NCBI GenBank assembly: GCA_010093705.1
Contig: MU006102.1
Location: forward strand, 4,123-68,122
Origin: Patellaria atrata CBS 101060
Lineage: Eukaryota
Length of the DNA stretch: 64,000 nucleotides
Direction of reading: 5' to 3'
The position numbers were made by a program, and so were the translations under genes. Within the stretch, counting starts at the first letter, position 1, and every line of letters begins with the position of its first letter. The notes under the pieces were generated by a model. That model was not told the DNA's origin. It saw nothing but the letters and a program-made list of their open reading frames with translations, and made no database searches. Of this stretch, positions 1 through 12,004 are shown piece after piece.

Positions 1-1187
1 ATGGAGTATATGGTTGAACGAGATTTGCCATGTTAGAAGAATAGAGTTCTTAGCTTCGTGGTCTCTTCGAAGACGGCCTCCCTCGTAGTCTAATAAGCTT
101 GTCTTTTTCCTGTCGCTCTTGTAGAACTGGTCTAGATACTGCCGTACTGAACATCTTGGTGCCCGTTGTCGGATGTATGCAGCCGCCTGCACAAGAGCGA
201 GTGGCATGAATTCGAGCGCTGTCGCCAACTCGGCTATACAGTCATCGTCTATTCCCTCCCCAAGTTTCTTTCGTAGGAGACTTTGCGCACCTATATTACC
301 CATCGGCTCGATGGTTATAATATCGGGGTCCTCGACCAACTCCAGCGCCGTACTCCTTGTCCGACTAGTGACCATAACCGCGCCGTTCTTGCTCGGGGGC
401 AAATAGGATACGAGGTGCCGTTGACGAGCGCGATCTCCGCCGCTAGCTTGTATCTTATGACTATTGCTCGCTTGTAGAGAGAGACTAACGGCATCGTCGG
501 CATTATCGAGGACTAGCAGCCACTTGCCGTTCTTCTCGTTGCGAAGCCAGCTAGAAACGAGCTCGAATATATCTGCTTGTGGGTCTTTCCGACCAGCCAG
601 CTTGACTTGGTCCGCGATGGCTCGGTAGCCTTGGTCGACCCGGGCCGCGTTGCTGGCGTGAACCCAAAATACCCACGTCTCCGGCGATCGATCTGCGGTT
701 CGATAGCAGTGCTCGATAGCAAGTTGCGACTTCCTATCCCTGCGTTAGGTGCGAGGACTAGGCCGAGTATTTTCTCCACTTACCCCACGCCACCGAAGCC
801 GACTAACGCTATACGAGATGCCGGCGTAGAGCATTTCTCGTGTATCTGATCGAGTAGCGTGCCACGATCGACGAAGTCTGGGTCACGGCGAAAGGGGACG
901 TTGCAGGAAGGGCTCGGCGGGGTCTCCGGTCTCTCTATTAAGACGGCGGGATGTTAGTAGCCTTTCCGTAGAATATGGAGTTACTAGCAACGACTCACTA
1001 TAATGGATATTATAGGTTTCTGTCACGGAGCCTGACTGAAACTTAGCATGAAAAACATATCGCTGCAAATAAGAGACATACCGATTAGCTGTGCATTGCC
1101 CGAGATATAACCGGCTACAGCGCCACTGTTGCTAGAGATAGGGCCAAACTCGACGCCCGTCGGGATTGCTGTCACGTTGCTGGCCAT
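1..1187 (-). CDS. Fungal NLR-type STAND protein (NB-ARC), 5' part; runs off the window start. Exons 1187-1082, 934-784, 733-<1
   Basis: Manual splicing (introns 1081-935 and 783-734, GT..AG with CTAAC) gives MASNVTAIPTGVEFGPISSNSGAVAGYISGNAQLIERPETPPSPSCNVPFRRDPDFVDRG, then Walker A GFGGVGKSQLA, WVFWVHAS, Walker B WLLVLDNADD, VTSR and MPLALVQAAAYI. The frame is open to position 1. Confidence 0.88.
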
Positions 1188-2033
1188 TACTACCGCAGAG
1201 GGTTATACATACAAGAACTAGACACTATGCTAGCATGTTTAGGCAAGTAAAAAAAACATAGGGTACTTTGAATGAGTCGGCTTAAACATCGTAAGACTGC
1301 GCTCGAGTGCGTGGGTGAATTTCCTTAAGGGTCTTGTTCAGGCTGTGCACGGTTTCAAAGCGTGCACGGTCGCCACCAAAATTTAGTTCTCACGTATCCG
1401 GAGAATAATAAGGACTACTTTTTACTCCACCACCACCAATATGACTCCTATTGAGGCCGCGCTTGAGAGTCTAAAGCTTCAAGATATCCCTAATATAACA
1501 CAAACTGCAAAAGAGTAAAATTGTGACCGCACGACGTTGTCGCGGCGTTTTCGTAATGTCACTGTTTCCCGCGAGGTAGCAATCGAAAACTCTAAATTAA
1601 TGACCGAGGAGCAGTCTAAAACACTTATTAAATATATCAATCGATTAACTGATCGTGCTTTCCCTCCTACGCCTGCAACTGTACGAAATCTGGCCGGCCA
1701 TATCGTTGGAAAAAGACCTGGAAATAGCTGGGTTACGAGGTAGTATGGGCGCTAAGGAGATCAGCTCAAATCTGGTTATCTCAGTCCTATTGATTTAGCC
1801 CCTCATAAGGTCGATCAGGGACCGTTTTACAAGCTCTATTTCGAGCTCCTTGGGCGTAAGCTCGATAAGTTTAGTATCCTACCAGAAAATACGTACAATA
1901 TGGATGAACAGAGCTTCCTCATAGGTATGCTTAAAAAGTCACGTAGGATTTACAGCAAAGCTGCTTTTGAAGGTGGGAGGGTCAAGGGAATCGCATAGGA
2001 CGGAAATCGGGAGTGGATTACGATCCTAGCTAC

Positions 2034-2370
2034 TGTGAGATTGTGGGTAACTGAATGCAGTCGCTTGATTCTCCGTACAACTACGGATTCTATCTAGTGT
2101 TTATATAATGACAGACCACCTTATTGATTAACCCTTTGACGTCACAAAGCCTAGCTACGTAATCTCCAAATCAAGGCGAACATAACGATACTACCTACGT
2201 CAGATATAAAATAAGAGATGACATCAAAAGAGTGAGCTAATGTTATAGTTTTGATGACACTTAACCGATAAGTCGGAGCCGAGCACTTAGCTCTGAAAAT
2301 CTCCAACACGAACTCCTAAAGATCCTGACGATCTTCCAATATAAGGCTATCGGGGATCAGCCATCTGACA
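2034..2370. mobile_element. Solo LTR (337 bp) inserted in the transposase
   Basis: Begins TGTGAGAT and ends ATCTGACA; flanked by the 5-bp target-site duplication GCTAC (2029-2033, 2371-2375). Removing it restores ILATICPDG. Confidence 0.88.
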
Positions 2371-3599
2371 GCTACTATCTGTCCAGATGGAACAGCTATC
2401 CCTCCTGGGATCATCTACCCCTCGATATCAGGAGCGATGCAGGATACGTGGTTAGAGGGCTATCGACCGAAAGAGCAGGAGTGTTTTTTTACTGCTTCAC
2501 CGACAGGATGGACTAATGACGAGCTCGGATTGAGGTGGTTGGAGACCGTTTTTGACCGTTCTACTAAAACCAAAGCTAGTCGAGCTTGGAGGCTTCTTAT
2601 CGTCGATGGCCATGGCTCCCATATCAATATGCCTTTTTTGAAGTATTGTATAAGCAATAAGATCATATTAGCAACTATCCTCCTCACTCTACGTATAGAT
2701 TGCAGTCCCTCAACGTCTCCTTATTCTCTCCTCTCGCCACGTATTAGTCAAAATCTCGACGACTTTTTAAGCCGATCACAGGGCATATCGAATATTACAA
2801 AACGGAACTTTTTTGAGCTATTCTGGCCCGCTTACCAGAAGGCTTTTACAGAGAAAAACATTCTAGGGAGCTTTAAAAAAACAGGTATCTCTCCATATAA
2901 TCCGAGTGAAGTGCTACAAGGATTAGCAAAGCCGGAGAGGCAACCAGTTAGTCAAATAGGCGGTAGACTAAGCTCAAGTGAATCAGCTAAATCAGTGTTA
3001 TCGGAGAAAGATTGGAAACGTATAGAGAAGAAACTAGAGACCGTTGTTTCTGATATAGAACTAATGCACCCTGTCGTCGAAGAACATGAAGGCGAAGTTT
3101 CAATTTCTCTCTACCTCTAATACTATCCCCCAACAACAGAACTTCGGTTTAATTAAGGCTCTTGATGGCGAGAAGAAGCGACGTAAACGGCAGAAGCCTT
3201 TTTTACAACGAATAATTAGCATAGAGGATTGTGGCGCGGTGTTTTGGAGCCCTCAAAAAATTACCCAAGCGCGCGATTTCGTACGGCAAAAGGAGGAGGA
3301 TGAAGCTGCAGAAGAAGCTAGTAAAGTAAATAATAAGCTTCAGGAACAGCTACTTAGAGAGGAGAAAGAAGAACAAGCTAAAGAGCGCAAGATTCAATGA
3401 CAAAAAGATAAGGAGAGGGAGAGGGTAGCTGAGGCAAAAAACGCTCAGCAACATATTACTGTAGAAGCCAAACAAGCTAAACAAATAGCTCAAAAAACAC
3501 GTAGACCCCCTCAACAGCCGAAGCAGAAGAAGCGGATTGTTATACCACCAGCTATAGAACTTTTAGATAACATTATTGAGGTAGTAGAGGTAGAAACGG

Positions 3600-4131
3600 T
3601 GTTACGGCCATAGATCGTAGGAAGCATGTAGTTGTCAAGTGGGGAGACAGAAGGACCACGCGGCACAACTACGGGAAAAGTAGCAACGTCAGGGTCACGT
3701 GACGTGGACGCAGTGGACGCAGCGGACGCAGGAAGAGATGTTACGTCCAGAACGTCCACTACGTCCAAAAGTATGAAACGACTAAATTGACTGTGAAGGA
3801 TAGAAATATTTAAGGACGGTCTTTCCCTCATGTATTTAGATTCTTCGTAGTTATTCTTACCATCAATCTTACCCATAGATTTGGATGTTACGGTTTTGAA
3901 CTTGACTTCACTTGTTACGCTGTTTCCATACAGTACGTCTTGTCTCATTGCGAGCATCACCTGGAGTCAAGGAGTCAGCAAGTTGTATCGACAACTTGAA
4001 GTGCCTTTGTTATACGTATCCTATCACTTTGCCAAACCTACCCTAGTGGTTGACCACGTTAAGTGAGAAGCCAGGCGCGTTTCTAGACTTATCTTGTTCC
4101 GTCTCGATAAGTATAGACTCCCGTTGTAACA
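3600..4131. mobile_element. Solo LTR (532 bp) inserted near the transposase 3' end
   Basis: Begins TGTTAC and ends GTAACA; flanked by the 5-bp target-site duplication AACGG (3595-3599, 4132-4136). Confidence 0.88.
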
Positions 4132-5264
4132 AACGGTCAATCCCACGACTGGTCGGCCCCGACGGCAACCGCGACTGCCATAGAGATTTCAGAGCCCTGA
4201 TATATAGATAGACGGAAATTACAGCTCCTTATTCATAACATCATAAAATTTAGTATAGATATATCCAATATGGAGCGAGTTGTATCATTTTCAAAATCAC
4301 TCTATGGGGCGCGATTTTGGGGGGCGACTGTGCGGTTGCCAATACTCAAACACTTGCATAGGTAGTAACGAACCCTCAGGCCATTCTGTGTACGTCAACT
4401 AGATGAAGAGTCAAATCAGAAGGACTTGCGAAACGATAATTGGTCTGCACGTAGGCTTAGTTGGACATATAGCACGATACTTAGACTAGGAGGTAGGGGA
4501 CTGTGCAAAAAGGATTATTAGCTTCATACTAATTCGAATCATAGGTTGTACGAAAGACACACGTTAAAATTGTTGATTTGATTGAATGGGGACGAAGAGG
4601 CAGTGAAGAAAATTCAGACCCTTGACGACGTGACAAAATAGATAGAACTAGCCAAAATCTTTCGCAACATGTTCCACCAAGAAAGCGGCAATGTTGTCTT
4701 GAGACACCTGCTTAGAAGGATCTTTTGAGAGAACTTATAAAAAGGTAAACGCTGACATCTATATTACGGTTGTCATCTGTTATTATACTTCTACTTCACG
4801 CTTCACGCTTCACGCTTTGAATAATGCTGCGCCGGGCCATCATATTATTAACATAACCTAAGACGTGAGTAATTAAACCATTTTCATTTCAACCTTATCT
4901 CAGCAACTTAAGGCGCCCATAAAATCACAATTCATTATTACTATAATGAATACACCTACATTTCCCGAATGCGCTAATTTTGAAGATCCCCTTCTCCATG
5001 ATGTCGTCGCTCTGGCACTGCCTGCTCTTGCTTTTTCTGGCGACCTTCTTAGCCATACAACTCTTTGATGGAAGGCATGGATCCACAATATCCCGCAGGA
5101 CTTCTGTGTTGCATGGTAGAGGATCGAGTAATGCATTAGGTTTTGATAATTTGGTATCTACCCTATCCTGCGTCTCTGTCTGTGTCTTTTCCGTTATATC
5201 TATACGATCCCTAGTCCCATCTTCAAAATCACTCATTCCATGCAATGATGGAATCCGATATCCC

Positions 5265-6519
5265 TTAGGCCCAATTCCATAAGGGTATGATAGCCAGGCC
5301 CTTCGCCTTACCCGCAAAAGTGTGACACTGCGTCGCATTCTGGACACTCATATGCCCAATCGGGGTACCGACGCAGTCCTTGCTCTCGTACGCTGTGACC
5401 TCATATCCAGGATTCCCCCTCCCGTTATCGACCTCCTCAAGAAAGCGTGCCGTCTGCCACTCGAGCCAACCGTCTCGCACGATCTCTAGGTTGAAGCAGG
5501 GCCAGGGACGATTGCTTGTGATTGAGAACCCAGGGCCACATACTGTCTCTGTGCTAGGCTGCAACGTGAACAGTGTGTTGGCTGGAAAAGGGTAAGACTT
5601 GTCGGCGGGAATGGTTGGAGGCCCGGCGAGATCGGAGAGGAGGTGTCCGTTGTAATTGAAGACGTGTTCCTCTTGTGTGCGTTAGCTAAAGAACTTGAAG
5701 TGGGGTGATTAAGACGGGAAATGGAAAGTGGAAAATTGATACGGAGGGAAATGATATAATTGTTAAAAATTAACATACCTAGATCAATGGCCGTCACTCT
5801 TGTTGGGCGAAAGCTTGTTTGGCATGTGCAATTGAGTGTTCCGCTGTTGGGGAGCAGGTTGCAATCAAAACACGACCCTTGAAAGCCACCGCTGTGATTA
5901 AAACCGGTTAGTCATTGTTTAGTTCGTAGGTCAATCAGAGTAGCGGCCTGTAATCCATAATACAAGTTCAGTGTTCTAGGACTGCACTGGACCGTCTTAA
6001 AGAGTTGTAATTTAATTACTTTACTCGGCCTGGTAGGCCGATGCGGGCTGAGCGCTGAACCATCTCAAAGAGTTGTCATTCAATTCCTTTACTCAGCCTG
6101 ATAGGTTGATGCGGGCTGAATTCCATGTATCGAGAATGAAAGATGTAACCTACTTCACCTCCCACTACTCCGAGAAAAGGATAAATGTTAGCACAATTCA
6201 GAATTTTAGAGGTTCTTTCATCCCCTTTCCCAATACACCTTCCGGCCTCCCCGAATCACTTAGAAAGCGAAATATAATAACATACGATCAAGTTGCCCTC
6301 CCTATTCACTAGCGAAGAGCCCAGCCAGATAGAACTTTCTAACGATCTCCCGTTGTCCTTGGGGCAATTTGCCACCAACCACGCTCCATTGAGACGGATG
6401 GAGGAGCATTGAGTTGAGAAGCGGGTGCCGGGACCGCGAGCGTTGAGGTCCACGGGTGATAGTGATGAAGGGAGGGCAGTTACGAGAGAAGAGAAGAGGA
6501 CAGAAAGAAGAAAGCGCAT
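5265..6519 (-). CDS. Secreted cyanovirin-N homology (CVNH) lectin-domain protein with C-terminal extension, 254 aa. Exons 6519-6286, 6164-6154, 5891-5779, 5671-5265
   Basis: Signal peptide MRFLLSVLFSSLVTA. CVNH pattern FSTQCSSIRL..WLVANC..NREGNLI-WEVN-GGFQGSCFDCNL..LNCTC..IDLEEHVFNYNGHL. Exon lengths sum to 765 nt, in frame. Confidence 0.85.
5984..6119. repeat. 68-bp tandem duplication (2 copies) inside CVNH intron 2
   Basis: 5984-6051 aligns with 6052-6119 at about 11 mismatches, mostly transitions. Confidence 0.8.
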
Positions 6520-9500
6520 GGCTGATGTTAGAGATTGAATGGTCGTCAGGGTGAGACGAAATTGTAAACCAGCTTGCAAGAATCGTGTAAAAGGGGTACA
6601 GCAAAGAGATGTGTCAATTTGCGTAGGGGTGAGGTCGTGAATGTGATGTAGGCTACGAGTCCATCTTATACCGCATCCTTAAGAAACGCCCAACGGGGAG
6701 CAAGTGGGGAAGATGATAGCAATCAGGGATGGTTCCGTGACGAGTGATATACCTGGGATTTGATTTGAATTACTTTGTTGGTTCGAGATGGACATGTGAT
6801 GTGGAATTAAAGTTCTGAGGCTCTTTGTGGGAGAGTGAGGTTTTAGTTACATACGAATAGTGTATGGATGTTTGGGACCATGAGGATGGCTGGGACTCCT
6901 TGAAGAAACCAAACCTAGAACAGGTTAATCTTTCAAATTTGCCATGGCCTTCGACAAAAACAATTGCGGGTTTCATTCCACATTCGATCCTCCTCCTCTC
7001 TCGGAGCGTTGACAGACTACCTCCAATCTCCGGTCACTGTGATGTTACAACTCACAGCATCCAAGTGAATAAAAGTTCTATTTTGGTACCAAGTCGATGG
7101 GTCCGCATGGGAAATAATCTAGACAGAGAAATGCGAAATCCTTCAACCATTTTGCACCAAGGATCATTGGAAGCTTGTAGACTTGCAACATACGTATTGT
7201 CCCAGTATGCAGAAACATTGGTCTGAACTGAATACACCATGCCATTAGTACTTGTATTAAACTCAATGAACATGTTGAATGTGACCTGATGTTAAACAGT
7301 AATAGGCAAATGACAGGGATGAAAGAGAGAGTATCAGAAAAAGAATAGAAGCCATTCCCAGGCCGCACTTTCCCAGAACATTTTGTAGTGACTTGAGTGT
7401 AGGATGACAAATAATGGTTCAAGTGCAAGAAACTGGTGAGTGTGTCTTTTTATTCGGCGATCAGAATTTTAGTGTAGAATATATGTTCGCTGGGGAATGA
7501 TTGAGGTTGGATCTAATTGTAGGATTGCGATGGAGGTACCCGACGTCCAAGAGGGGTCCGTATATGGATGCGGGGTAGTGAGGAAGATCGGAGTCGGAAG
7601 GGCTCAGGAGCGATTGGATGCAAACCTAAGACGGGATAGTTCTACCCTCGAGCTGTATCTTATTCTCCATGTAGCAAAATTCCGTATATGTACAGTACCG
7701 TAATGAGAATTGAGGTTCACTTGTTTTTTTAAGGTTATTGTTATGCGCAAGCAGGTATTCCGCCTCCCAGGCTCCATCGGTCGTAGCCGAAAAAGGACGA
7801 CGATGCTGTATTTCTGATATCGAAATCGACCTCATAACAAGCGATTTGGACCTGGCGCTTGGTCGGTGCAGGGATCGAATCAGGCAACTCCAACACTCAA
7901 AACCTCACAACTAATTTCGAGCATATTAGCCGCAATTTAGAGGAACGCATTTCTGGGATAGGATCGCAGCGGACTTCTGAGAGGAGGTTCTACCTAAGAA
8001 AAAGGATTTGGAATTGTCTTTCCCTCGTCTTACATATTTTAATTCGCCGATTGATGAGTTAAAATGTTGCATTCTCCCTTGTTAAAGTCTTGAAGATTGT
8101 CGTGTGATGATCGGAAAATTAAAGATCTCACGATGGTACTCTGACCGTTGGTGTTGAGAGCAGAGGAGCTTAGATATACTGTACTCTACATTGAATTTTA
8201 TATTTGACTGACCTCCCCTCCCTACCTGTATAAGGCGGTAGGAGTGTAGCTCGTAGGAGAGTGGAACTACCGTATTTCAAGTAGATGGAGAGACTAAAAA
8301 ATGGCTAAAACGGAGAAGTACTACCTGATTAATCTCCAACCTTACTTCTTACTTTACCTTACGTTACGTGTACCCCATATGCTGAACAGAACTTTGTTGA
8401 ACGTGCCAGAGGTGTAGACCATAGAAAAGCAGTTACCTCATGTTGCCCAGTTGAGCATGCTGTTGCAATAAGTTTCTAACTTTGCCAGAATTGATTTGCT
8501 CATCTCCGATCATTATACCCAGTCAAGCTATCCATGATGGTGAGGATGATACGGGTTCCAGGGAAGAAGGATACCATGAAGTCCCACTCAACAGATGTCG
8601 ACGACACCTCGCACTATTCCCTCAACTTACGTCGTTTCAAATATGCATTTCTTGATTATTACTGGAGAGCCTGAAGGTATTACTGGACTCGTACTATTCC
8701 ACCTTGCAAAGTCGTGGTCCCACCATTGCGCCATTCAGATTATTTGACCTCTCCTTTATCTGCAACCAAACAGGCCTTCTGTTAAAGTAACACAGAAATA
8801 TTTTGTTATTCATGAAAATGTGAGATCTGTAGCGCGATTCGTCACAAAACGTAAGTAGGATGTTATGGTTACGAAAGAATGCTCTTATAGTATGCGTTAT
8901 CGTCAATCGTCCTCCGGGAAATAGATTCTAGGTTACGATGGGGAGCGAAGGGTATAGCTGAGCAACTATGAGTCCGAGTTAGAACAGTCCGTCCAGCAGA
9001 TCGAAGTTACACGGTAGTAGAATCGGTGATAAGTCCCTAACTTTGGGTTTCAGAGATTTAGTAATGCTAGAACTACTACTATCTCGAAAGAAGGATGATT
9101 TCAATTGCGTTCGAAATTCAATTTTTGAACCACGAAGAACCAGAGCTGATGTGAATCCGCGACCGCAGGAGCTGGATGTGGTCGATTGTAGCTGAGTTCG
9201 ATTCAGCTGAGCATTGAAAGGGGAATAGGGATGTGAAAGTATAAAGGAAATCAGCCAACTATAAGGATTGAGGTGGCCAAAGTATAGATCAGCTTAATGA
9301 TAGCACTTGGAATGGAGAAGTAGGACGATGAAGCTTGGAGCATGGCGTTGTGCTTTTCAGTCGCGTCGCTTTTGTCTAAGTCCCAGGCCACCGAAAAATA
9401 GTTCTACTGCGGAAAGTGCCGCTCCGGTAACCGTAGTTCTAATCCTAGATCCGATTCATAAGAGCTTACTTGACCGGAAAAAAATGTTCCCAGCCAACCC

Positions 9501-9600
9501 ACAAGTTCAAAAAGAAATCTCCCAAAAAGGAATGTATAAGTGGCCTTCAAACAAAAGAACAAGAGGAATGATAAAAAGCAAAAAGCAAATTTTAATGTTT

Positions 9601-9687
9601 GGGCTGAGCCGGGGATTGAACCCGGGACCTCTCGCAAATCGTATAAGTAAGCCCAAAGCGAGAATCATACCACTAGACCACTCAGCC
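9601..9687 (-). tRNA. tRNA-Pro (TGG) with ~15-nt intron
   Basis: Acceptor stem GGCTGAG/CTCAGCC, D-arm TGGTCTAGTGGTATGA, anticodon stem CTCGC/GCGAG around TT-TGG-G plus intron, T-arm GGTTCAATCC, downstream T-runs. Confidence 0.95.
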
Positions 9688-10042
9688 AATAATGATGTGA
9701 TTGGTTTATTTCTACTTTATATCTAACATTATTTATATCCCAAAATGTGCTTTTTTGAAATCCCCATCTCCAACTTTCACAGTCCAGTAAAAATAACCCG
9801 ACGAACTATTCCACCATCGAAATTATACTCCCCAATATAACATGACTGCAGGATTGGTTGTAGAGTCTTGTTATCCATAGATCTAGATACTTCTCATTTT
9901 CTATGCTTTAAAACTGCAGCCTAGTCGCCGCCACCCACTTCCTTCAAATCCCAACCTTCAGTTTCAGGACCATGGGTTCTTCACTAACAACAGTTATCAT
10001 CGAGTGTACTTCATCGCAACTCATTTGTGATGTTTTGTCGTT

Positions 10043-11844
10043 ATGTCTTCAAATGAAGATAATACTAATAGCAAGCAGAATAATTTCTTCTCTCCCGAGA
10101 ACTGCAGTTTTTACGAAGAGTCTCAATACGTATCACTTGACTTCGAACAAAAAGAAATCCGTCTTTTAAAGCTCCTGCCAACAACCGAGGGATTATCCAG
10201 TGCCAGATGCTGCAAAAGATTCCTATAACCAAGGTTCCTTGTACTACGCTCTGTCATACTGCGCAGGAGATCCTCGAAACACTGCACGGATTAATGTTAA
10301 TGGACGTCTATTTAACGTTTTCCAAAGTGTCAGTAAAGGTCTTACCGTCATTCAAGATGAACTTAGAAGGCTTGGTACCGATTATCCTGTCTGGATGGAT
10401 CAAATATGTATCAATATGAGCGATTTTGATGAAAGGGGCCAGCAAGTCAGCCTTATGCGAGAAATATACATCGCCGCTTCGACTGTTATTATGGTCGTCG
10501 GCGAAGATAAAGTGGACTCATTTCTGTTCGACAATATACGATTGTGGACGAATCCAATCTAATCTTATGATCATCCCAGGACCGGCGCTATGCCGCGTGG
10601 GCTTCTCTATATCTTCGGAAGACACACCTTCAGAATGAATGAGATGTCTCCGTTATGTAACGCTCTTATGGAATTTATTAATCAAGAGTACTGGAAACGA
10701 GCTTGGATTTGTCAGGAAATAGTTTTGTCAAAGAGCCTATGGATCTGGTGGCGTGGTTCAATCATGGAATGGGATCAACTTTGGCTACTCATGAGATACG
10801 TAGGAGATCTTTTCATTGGCATGAGCCTTACCGTTGAAGAGAATCCCTCGATAGATGGGCAAGAATTTATTCGACAACTCGACGTCTCTATACAACGGTT
10901 TTTGAAGCTCTATCTGCTCAGGGCGAAGTGGCAGGCCGATGGAAGAATTGACATCAAAAGCTTGATCGACTATGCGCAAAGTTGTAAATACTCGGACGAA
11001 CGTGATCAGGTATATGCATTTTTGGGTTTGGCAGAATACGCTCTAGTACTACCTGATTACAGTCCCGAGGTTTCAGTTGGAGGGATCTACATCGAAGCAG
11101 CAAAAAACGTAATTCTTCATGAAAGGGGGTTTGATATCATGCTTCATGCAGAAAATAATGGAAAGGGACATCCAAAACTGCCTTCTTGGGTACCAAACTG
11201 GTCTGTTGCTGGGAACGGGTATCAATTGACTCAACCGAAAGAATTCATGAATATCTCACGAGGGAAATTTGCCAGACCTATATTTCTCCCTCATGCTAGT
11301 AGCAGACCTCATTGTGTCCGGACTCACGTGGTTATGATCGATAGAGTGGCTTTAGACAATGCTGCAATACAGGATATGACCGCGGACGGAGTACGTCGAA
11401 TAGGATCACGTCTCCCTCCTTCAGTAGGAAGGTTAGGTAGTTGCACTTGTCAATCGCTACAGGACATTCTGCGTCAAACTCTATCGGTAGAAGACAAGAG
11501 ATGACGGTGTTTCTACGAAAAGGGTCAACGGTATATTCTTCTCACATTGCGAAACAGTTGAAGACGATGCTTCCAAAGCTCTAAAGGCTACATTATCGCG
11601 CCAAAACTCCATGAAAACGGTGTTCGTTTCTCCGAAAGGATTTACAGGTCGAACTTCAAGCGCGGCTAAACCGACAGATTCGCTCTGTATATTCATCGGA
11701 TCCTCTGTACCGTCAGTCATTAGAAAAGAGGAAGACCACTACGTATTCGTTTGTGCAGCATACATCCACGGATTGATGGGTGAATATGCAATTGACATGG
11801 TCGAACGTGGTGAACTATCTTTGCAGTGTGTCAAATTGTATTAG
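10043..11844 (+). pseudogene. Heterokaryon-incompatibility HET-domain (HET-6-like) gene, apparently disrupted
   Basis: Motifs EIRLLKL, YYALSYCAG, WMDQICIN, ERGQQVSLMREIY, YWKRAWICQE, LPSWVPNW, AYIHGLM. Split by a frameshift near 10200, in-frame TAA at 10560, and TGA at 11502 followed by a frame change. Confidence 0.8.
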
Positions 11845-12004
11845 ATTGTTGTTAAAAGGCATAACGGTCTACGCTATCGACAACCCGAACGAAAGTCTTT
11901 ACCCAGCCACACAGTGAATTTAGAGACAAGGAAGAGGAATTTTCCTATTTCCAAAATACATTTGTATTCATGTCAAATCGGCCTGTTCTGACCTCTCCCT
12001 TCAT

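Larger units (their letters stand above)
1441..4200 (+). pseudogene. Fot1/pogo DDE transposase, inactivated by stops, frameshifts and two LTR insertions
   Basis: HTH-like N-terminus (TTLSRRF) and motifs YNMDE, REWITILA|TICPDG, GWTNDELGLRWL, RLLIVDGHGSH. Several TAA/TAG stops. C-terminal RPRRQPRLP tail lies after 4136. Confidence 0.88.
1345..4333 (+). mobile_element. Decayed Fot1/pogo (Tc1-mariner superfamily) DNA transposon
   Basis: Transposase remnant starts at ATG 1441. Imperfect terminal inverted repeats: GCACGGTCGCCACCAAAAT (1364-1382) vs ATTTTGGGGGGCGACTGTGC (4314-4333). Outer ends are uncertain. Confidence 0.85.

Noticed and set aside
173..1068. Short ORF-track entries (173-406, 283-477, 315-503, 513-779, 577-849, 883-1068)
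   Set aside because: Antisense or off-frame shadows of the spliced NB-ARC gene.
3511..3960. 149-aa minus-strand ORF
   Set aside because: Lies largely within a solo LTR and crosses its boundary; no motifs.
9307..9726. ORFs overlapping the tRNA
   Set aside because: Chance ORFs across a clear tRNA-Pro gene.
10043..11844. HET gene as the cognate amyloid-coupled effector of the NLR
   Set aside because: Its C-terminus (VERGELSLQCVKLY) has no G/N/Q-rich motif and the gene is disrupted.
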